Below, one piece after another: positions 6,114-11,714 of a DNA stretch of 11,714 nucleotides. Origin of the DNA: an uncultured Oligoflexus sp. (GTDB taxonomy: Bacteria; Bdellovibrionota_B; Oligoflexia; Oligoflexales; Oligoflexaceae); contig CAXSGP010000128.1 in assembly GCA_964236955.1 (NCBI GenBank), forward strand, positions 1 to 11,714. Reading direction: 5' to 3'. The translations under genes were made by a program, and so were the position numbers. A model generated the notes under the pieces. That model had not been told where the DNA came from, searched no databases, and was given only the letters and a program-made list of their open reading frames with translations. Each line of letters starts with the position of its first letter. The stretch's first letter is position 1.

Positions 6114-8279
6114 ATGAAATATTCAGCTCTTTCTCTGGTTTTTCTCTCCCTATACACACTCACCGGCTGTAACAATGTGGGTCTTAAAAACTCCGGGGCC
6201 GGACCCAGCGTAAGTGAAAGGGGTTCCGATACCTTTAAAAACCTAATGGCTCAAGGCGTCGGTAGCCTGCGTCCCGACATCAAAGTTGGCTCTAATTTGG
6301 GATTGAGCGGCACCCCCATTTCATCCATTAAGCTTGATGAGGCATCGGGAGCCTGGGCTTGGGTTGCCTTTGACACGAGTCTCTCTGAACTTGTCAAGCC
6401 AGGTCAGGATCTTGTCAAAGCGTCCCTCGGCCTGGTCGCAAAGTACGAAAATGAGTTAGGCCTCACGCCTGCAGAAATTCTTGTGCAAAATGGTGCTGAG
6501 CAATCACCCTACAAAGGCGTGAAGCTCGTCAGTCTGCAGCGAAAATATCAAGGTGTCCCCATTAAAGGGGCCTTCGTTAACTTTTTCTTCGCCGTTCAGT
6601 CTGACCAGACCCTTCGCCTCAGCGAGATCGTAAATAATAGCTATGGGCCTATCAAAATAAGCACCGAAATCCCACCGATGCCAAGCGATTCCGAAGTCGT
6701 GGAAGCCACCGGCGTTGATACCCTGCAGGTCATCAGCAAAGTTCCCGTGATCCAACCCGTCCTGGATAAAGATGGGCACTATGAATTTGCCTACGCTACG
6801 GAATTCAAGCTGGACGATAAAAGTTCCGCGGAAAAAATCACGATGACCATGGACAATGCGACCAAGGAAATCCGAGAAGCTTTTTCCAACCACGTTAACG
6901 AAGTCAATCAGATCAATGCGGAGAGTTTCGAACGAAGCTATGCCTTGAAAGATTTGATATCAAGGCCTCTTCAATTTACCCAAATACGGGATGGCAACTC
7001 GGTATTTTCCACCGACGACAAGGGCAATGTCACAAGCAATGGCAGCCAGGTCACTGTTGTCCTCACCAATACCAAAAACAAAAGCAGTGTCTTCTTTGCC
7101 AATAATCTGCAGACCCCGGTGTCGTTTCCCGTCTCTCTCGATCCTGGCGGCAAGTCAGATATCAAATTTGGTACCGGCGATAAAGCTGCGTTTAACGTAT
7201 TCGTGGCGATACAGGAAACCTTTAAATTCGTAGCTGCCCAACTGACGCCCAACGAATTGCGCATCATTGAAAACGGCATTGGTGCTGCGGTGAACCTCCC
7301 TGATGCCTGCAACGCTTTCTATGATGGGCAGCGTTTGAATTTTTTCAGCGAGAGCACGCGCTGCGGCAACACCGGTTTGATCAGCGATGTGATTCACCAT
7401 GAGTGGGGTCATGGCCTGGATGACTTTCTTGGTACCTCAAGCCGGGGCACCAACGGCCGAAGCGGAATTACTGATGGCGCCTATTCCGAAGGCATTGGCG
7501 ATATTCTTTCGGCCTACATGGCCAACAGCCCAAACCTTGCGCCTGGTTTTTTTCTTAACAGCACTCAGCCGCTTCGCGTGCTTACGAATAACCGTACCCA
7601 TCCGCCCGTGAATGCCAATGAAGCGGAAATTCACAGTGCCGGCCTTATCGTCGGTGGCGCTTTTTGGGATTTGCATGTTAACCTCACCAACCTCTATGGG
7701 CTTGTAAAGGGCAGTGAAATGGCCAACCGCCTTTTCCTCAGGCACCTTATTACCAGTGACCGATATACGGACGCGTATCAGGCAGTATTGAGGGTTGATG
7801 ACGACGACAACAATCCAGCGACCCGATCACCAAGCTATTGCAATATCACTCAGGCTTTCGCCCGTCACAACATTACGGGTGGTGAGCAAGTCGCGGCTAA
7901 CTGTGTGGATACGGATCTCAGTTTAAAAGTAAAAGTGGAACTCGATCAGGGCGAAGGCCTGCTCTCGGTCGTGGCGTCAGCGCTTGGCGCGGCGAAAATT
8001 GTTGCCTGCCCCGGTAAAGTCACGAGTTGTCCGGCTAGTGCTGAGACCGTGGAATTCGCAGCCAGGGAAGGGGATGATATTGTCACGTTGAAGGGCAACC
8101 GCAAGTACTATGCAGGATCAGGCACCGTGAATGCTAAAGCCAGCCCGACTTATAGTTTCTTTTCGATCGACGCGAAAGGTAAGATCATGGCCAAACGCAC
8201 GCTCGACTTTAAGCCGGAAACGGCAGCTCCGGTCGTGGTACCGACCGTAACGCCCGACGCGGGCGTTGAAATCCAATAG
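6114..8279 (+). CDS. Lipoprotein zinc metalloprotease, thermolysin/fungalysin-like (M4/M36, gluzincin)
   Basis: Lipobox LTGC (Cys19). FTP-like propeptide motif (LQRKYQGVPIKGA), CNAFYDG, HEWGH (7398-7412), third-ligand motif GAYSEGIGD, EIH.AG..VGGAFWDL, DDDDNN. Extra ~120 aa C-terminal domain and Pro/Val/Thr tail. Confidence 0.9.
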   Translation: MKYSALSLVFLSLYTLTGCNNVGLKNSGAGPSVSERGSDTFKNLMAQGVGSLRPDIKVGSNLGLSGTPISSIKLDEASGAWAWVAFDTSLSELVKPGQDLVKASLGLVAKYENELGLTPAEILVQNGAEQSPYKGVKLVSLQRKYQGVPIKGAFVNFFFAVQSDQTLRLSEIVNNSYGPIKISTEIPPMPSDSEVVEATGVDTLQVISKVPVIQPVLDKDGHYEFAYATEFKLDDKSSAEKITMTMDNATKEIREAFSNHVNEVNQINAESFERSYALKDLISRPLQFTQIRDGNSVFSTDDKGNVTSNGSQVTVVLTNTKNKSSVFFANNLQTPVSFPVSLDPGGKSDIKFGTGDKAAFNVFVAIQETFKFVAAQLTPNELRIIENGIGAAVNLPDACNAFYDGQRLNFFSESTRCGNTGLISDVIHHEWGHGLDDFLGTSSRGTNGRSGITDGAYSEGIGDILSAYMANSPNLAPGFFLNSTQPLRVLTNNRTHPPVNANEAEIHSAGLIVGGAFWDLHVNLTNLYGLVKGSEMANRLFLRHLITSDRYTDAYQAVLRVDDDDNNPATRSPSYCNITQAFARHNITGGEQVAANCVDTDLSLKVKVELDQGEGLLSVVASALGAAKIVACPGKVTSCPASAETVEFAAREGDDIVTLKGNRKYYAGSGTVNAKASPTYSFFSIDAKGKIMAKRTLDFKPETAAPVVVPTVTPDAGVEIQ

Positions 8280-8349
8280 AAAAAGCGCAAGCCTTTTGAG
8301 GATGCGCTGGGAAGTGAAGGGCTCGAAGCTTAGGCTTCGAGCCTCTTTC
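8280..8349. terminator. Two hairpins between convergent genes (probable terminators)
   Basis: AGCGCA...TGCGCT (8284-8308) preceded by an A run, giving a U tail on minus. Perfect 10-bp stem GGCTCGAAGC-ttag-GCTTCGAGCC (8320-8343) followed by TCTTTC on plus. Confidence 0.7.
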
Positions 8350-8351
8350 AA

Positions 8352-10085
8352 TCAGGGGGCTTTGGTCAAAATGCAGGTCGAGTAGGGAATATTTTGATGA
8401 TCAAGATTGACACTACCGTCGGTGGCTTCGGTCAATGAACAGCTATGTATCTGCTCGATGATGCCGGTGAAGTCAAAGCCGCCTGCAAGGTCGTCGACTG
8501 GTTTTGATCCTTTGTCGAAGCCAAAGAGGAAGTCTGGGGTCACCGCTTCGGGGTCGTTGGCTTCGAGAGTGTCCCATTCGCCGCCGATTAAGTTCATGTC
8601 CGCATCGAATTCCAGGACATATTTGAAATGAGACGTTTTAGAAAGACTGAGGTTGAATTCTTTACTGTAAACAAATCTAGGTCGAGCGGGTTCACTAATC
8701 CAATCCACCGAGGCATCAACGGCGGCTACATACTCAGTGCCGGGCGCTCTCGTTTTAGAGGCTGGTACATTGGCGATACCAAGGGCTGGCCCGATATTGA
8801 ATTTTGCTCCATATACAGGTTGATTCCAAACTTGACCGGTACGAGTACGGTCCATAACTAAGCCTAGAGACTCTTTGCCGATTTTCTGTAAGAGTGCCAT
8901 ATGAAAGGTCGCAGGATTCACATCCCAGCAGCCGAACATTTCTACCGAACTCAAAGTTTCAATATCGGCCTGATTGCCATCAACGATATAGTTCCGGATC
9001 GAATCCAGATTAGCAGCCAAAACATAGGCATACTTTTTACTGCGGCCCAGGTATGTCTCGAGCAGAAAGCCCTGGACGCCGTCGCTATCGTCGTAAGAAA
9101 GCGGGTAAATGCGGTCGGCCGGACGGGTAAAACCAGTATACATTTCGGCTTTTACATAGAATCCTGTTTTAGCCTCGCCACGCGTGATCTCGCCGTATAA
9201 ACCGCGGCCTTTAGCTCCGGCAGGAATCGCACCGAAGGGTTCGCCAGCGTTTTTCTCACAACGTCGGCCAATAAAATACTGAGCTTCATCAGGAGCATGG
9301 TCAGCCCATGATTTGGTAAGAAGGCCACGGATGTCACCCTCCGTTATCAGGACTTCCTTCTTATCAAATTTAGCCAGAACAGCATGTTTTGGGGTTTCAG
9401 CCATCAGTGCGGCAGGAGCCCAGCCGTGACAGGAACCCATCCAGCTCCAGTCTTCGCCACTATTCTCTTTGTCCAAAAACTTATACTTGTCGTTCGATGT
9501 ATAATAGAGCCAGTTGCTCCACCCATCGCTACTCATAGGAAACTGGTCACGAAATGCCGCGTTTTCTCCCGAGCGAAATTTTTGGCTGGCAGCGAGAACG
9601 CTGGCGCGAGAAACAGTGAGTTCAGCGTTCATATCCAAGCCCCTTTCCAGGGCATCCCAAGAGCTTACGAGGGTGGCCATTTGAGCTTCATCAATCTCTA
9701 CATTATGGCGCCAACGGTAGAGAATATCGTACTTGTCAGCCGGGGAAAGGTAAGGATCAACCTTGATTGCTTTGCTCTGAGCAGCCTGGCTCGTAAAGTA
9801 TTCGGCCATGCCCACGGTTTTTTCAGTGGATTTCCAGCGGCGAGAAAGACCTTTTTGGGTATTTGGCCAGTAGGTGTCGGCCCATGGCACCCGAGCTGTC
9901 GCAACACTGTTAATTTTTGCAATGTCCTCATACTTGAGTGATCCGATGTCACCAAGCCTTGTAAAGGAACTGTTGCCATCGGGCGCTTCCTTGGTGGAAC
10001 TGCTGGTCTCTTGACGAGAGCAGGACATAGCAAGGAGAAGAAGACTGGAGCCGGCGATCAAAGATTTAATAGAGATGTATTTCAT
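8352..10085 (-). CDS. Lipoprotein transglutaminase of the GP42 / TGase-elicitor family
   Basis: Lipobox LAMSC (Cys22). Ordered motifs PWADTYWP, SPADKYD, WMGSCHGWAPAA (Cys219-His220), DIRGLL, FIGRRC, DVNPATFH, VWNQPV.G, YVLEFD....IGGEW and PDFLF are collinear with Phytophthora GP42-type transglutaminases as recalled. Confidence 0.88.
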   Translation of the reverse strand: MKYISIKSLIAGSSLLLLAMSCSRQETSSSTKEAPDGNSSFTRLGDIGSLKYEDIAKINSVATARVPWADTYWPNTQKGLSRRWKSTEKTVGMAEYFTSQAAQSKAIKVDPYLSPADKYDILYRWRHNVEIDEAQMATLVSSWDALERGLDMNAELTVSRASVLAASQKFRSGENAAFRDQFPMSSDGWSNWLYYTSNDKYKFLDKENSGEDWSWMGSCHGWAPAALMAETPKHAVLAKFDKKEVLITEGDIRGLLTKSWADHAPDEAQYFIGRRCEKNAGEPFGAIPAGAKGRGLYGEITRGEAKTGFYVKAEMYTGFTRPADRIYPLSYDDSDGVQGFLLETYLGRSKKYAYVLAANLDSIRNYIVDGNQADIETLSSVEMFGCWDVNPATFHMALLQKIGKESLGLVMDRTRTGQVWNQPVYGAKFNIGPALGIANVPASKTRAPGTEYVAAVDASVDWISEPARPRFVYSKEFNLSLSKTSHFKYVLEFDADMNLIGGEWDTLEANDPEAVTPDFLFGFDKGSKPVDDLAGGFDFTGIIEQIHSCSLTEATDGSVNLDHQNIPYSTCILTKAP

Positions 10086-10123
10086 TCATTCCCTCAAGAT
10101 AATTAGTTAAAAAAATTGGGCAC

Positions 10124-11446
10124 TTATTTCACAAAAGCATCATTCGCCATAAAACATCCCACATTCGCGTCTGCATCGATCTCCATGCGAGGAGCCGCAA
10201 TCATTTTGCAAACCCGCACGGCACCATCCAGCCTGGCTTTCTGATTTGGAGTGCTTATGGCTTGAGATGCCTGCAAAGCTTCCAGGTTTTCACACTTACT
10301 GTTGGTAAAATCAAGGGCTGCGCTGTCGAGGATCATAGAGCTATTATTGAACGTCAGACTCAAACTGGGGGCAAAGTCCGCAATCCCAATTCTTGAACCC
10401 CGGTCGAAGGCATAAGACAGATTCGCGACAAAAGTGGACTCGTTACCCTTGCAAGAGGACTCCCCTTTATCGGCTGTCATCTTAAAGGCCAGGCCACCGT
10501 CCAATTTTTTGTCGTTCACTGCTGAGAAAGACACCACTCCCCGCTGTTCGAACTGCATGCGGCCATCTTCACAAACTACGGCAGAGACGCTTTCGCCTTT
10601 AGGTTGAACATAGACGTAAAGCCGGCAGGTGCTCCCATGGAAACTTAGGGTGCTTCGACGACTGAAGTACATGCCCTTAAGGGGCGCCATACTTTTAACT
10701 AAGACGCTGGTGTTTTTGGCAAGTTCAACTTCCATCTTACCTTTAGCATCCTTCAAAGACGCGAGCTCTTTTTTCGTGTCTTCGAGCTTATTCATCAAAT
10801 CATTGATGGCATTTTGAGGTTCATTCGTTTCCAGAGCAGCGATCTTCTCATCAAGCTTCTTAACTTCTTCGGTTTTAGCCACTAAATCCGCGCTTAGGCT
10901 GCTGATCGAGGCGTTGAGTTCAGCTTCTTTAGCAGCACTGGCATTCAAAGTGTTCTGGGCCGCTAAAAGCTCGGCTTTCTTCGCTGCCAAGTCTCCCTCC
11001 AAGGCGGTCTTCTCGCTGGCAGCTTTAGCTTTTTCAGCTTCGAGATTGGCGCTAAGACTTGCCTGCTCCGCCTTGGATTCTTTGACCGACTTCTCGAGGT
11101 CTTCGATCGCAGCGGTTTTTTCAGCAATGCTGGTTTCAACGCTGGCTATCTTGGCTTTTTTATCAGCGACTTCCTGCTCAAGCCTTGCGACCTCAACGGT
11201 CTTGGCATCGACGTCAAGGCTTAGGTTTTTAACCTTTTCATTGCTTTCCGATAAAGCTTTTTCATGATCCAAACGAGCCTGCTCGGCAGACTTTTGGCTA
11301 ACCGTTACCTGCTCTTGGAGAAGGTTTGTTTGGCGGTCTTTGAGTTCGATCTCATTACGGAGGTGGTCTTTGGTTTTATCGTTATTGGTACCGCAGGCAG
11401 AGGCAGAAGCAAGGGCAAGGAGGAAAGGCACAAACTTTAGCGACAT
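10124..11446 (-). CDS. Coiled-coil lipoprotein with Cys-containing C-terminal globular domain
   Basis: ATG 11446 with AAGGA RBS; signal MSLKFVPFLLALASASAC (Cys18). Residues ~25-250 are A/K/E/L-rich heptads almost free of Pro/Gly, followed by a ~185 aa domain with six Cys. 38-nt gap to the transglutaminase gene. Confidence 0.85.
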   Translation of the reverse strand: MSLKFVPFLLALASASACGTNNDKTKDHLRNEIELKDRQTNLLQEQVTVSQKSAEQARLDHEKALSESNEKVKNLSLDVDAKTVEVARLEQEVADKKAKIASVETSIAEKTAAIEDLEKSVKESKAEQASLSANLEAEKAKAASEKTALEGDLAAKKAELLAAQNTLNASAAKEAELNASISSLSADLVAKTEEVKKLDEKIAALETNEPQNAINDLMNKLEDTKKELASLKDAKGKMEVELAKNTSVLVKSMAPLKGMYFSRRSTLSFHGSTCRLYVYVQPKGESVSAVVCEDGRMQFEQRGVVSFSAVNDKKLDGGLAFKMTADKGESSCKGNESTFVANLSYAFDRGSRIGIADFAPSLSLTFNNSSMILDSAALDFTNSKCENLEALQASQAISTPNQKARLDGAVRVCKMIAAPRMEIDADANVGCFMANDAFVK

Positions 11447-11505
11447 ATTTATTCCTTTGTTTGGTGAAGAGCAGTTGGAGCGGCAAGCCGTGTCCCAGTG
11501 CCGCA

Positions 11506-11534
11506 CTTATAGTCCTGTCGATTTAAGAAATCAA
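11506..11534 (-). promoter_or_regulatory. Candidate sigma70 promoter for the coiled-coil/transglutaminase operon
   Basis: Minus strand TTGATT (11534-11529), 17 nt, TATAAG (11511-11506), 60 nt upstream of ATG 11446. Confidence 0.45.
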
Positions 11535-11714
11535 GTTTTTTGCTATGTATTTAGGACATGCTTCGGCCCGCAAGGCTGCTTAAGGGAATCGAATGATATT
11601 TTTTTCAATACGTTGAAATAATGGATAATTTTTTTTTGATTTTTTTTTAGATTAATCCTGGCCGTTCAGTTTGTTATAGACATAAGAAAAGAACATAGGA
11701 AAAAGTATTCCGGC

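Noticed and set aside
8407..11267. Several plus-strand ORFs (e.g. 9384-9941, 10914-11267) opposite the transglutaminase and coiled-coil genes
   Set aside because: Antisense shadows; their Ser/Phe/Leu/Ala-rich composition mirrors the real genes' codons.
10124..11446. SMC, EnvC/M23 or phage tape-measure annotation for the coiled-coil protein
   Set aside because: No Walker A/B motifs, no HxxxD/HxH motif, no phage genes nearby, and it has a lipoprotein signal.
11447..11506. 20-aa N-terminal extension from GTG 11506 given in the ORF track
   Set aside because: ATG 11446 has an RBS and yields a normal signal peptide; 11506 coincides with the candidate -10 box.
1..11714. Mobile element, prophage, CRISPR array or known defence system
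   Set aside because: No integrase/transposase, no regularly spaced repeat-spacer units and no recognisable defence domains were seen.

Overview
Bacterial window of about 50% GC. Its gene content (STAS-zinc-ribbon protein, several lipoproteins, GP42-type transglutaminase, M4/M36-like protease) suggests Bdellovibrionota/Oligoflexia or a related lineage; this is inference, not proven. Left: housekeeping rsmD-coaD operon (minus), divergent from the biosynthetic arginine decarboxylase speA. Middle: a STAS/zinc-ribbon gene and a PAS-GGDEF diguanylate cyclase behind a sigma28-like promoter, joined by a 13-codon bridging micro-ORF and followed by a structured intergenic region. Right: two convergent two-gene units in which all four products have lipoprotein signal peptides. 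On plus are a small unknown lipoprotein and an HEXXH thermolysin/fungalysin-like metalloprotease. On minus are a long coiled-coil lipoprotein and a Phytophthora GP42-like transglutaminase carrying a Pep-13-like motif. This four-lipoprotein block is the best candidate for an undescribed system (envelope or surface protein cross-linking and remodelling). No mobile elements, tRNA/rRNA or CRISPR arrays were seen.
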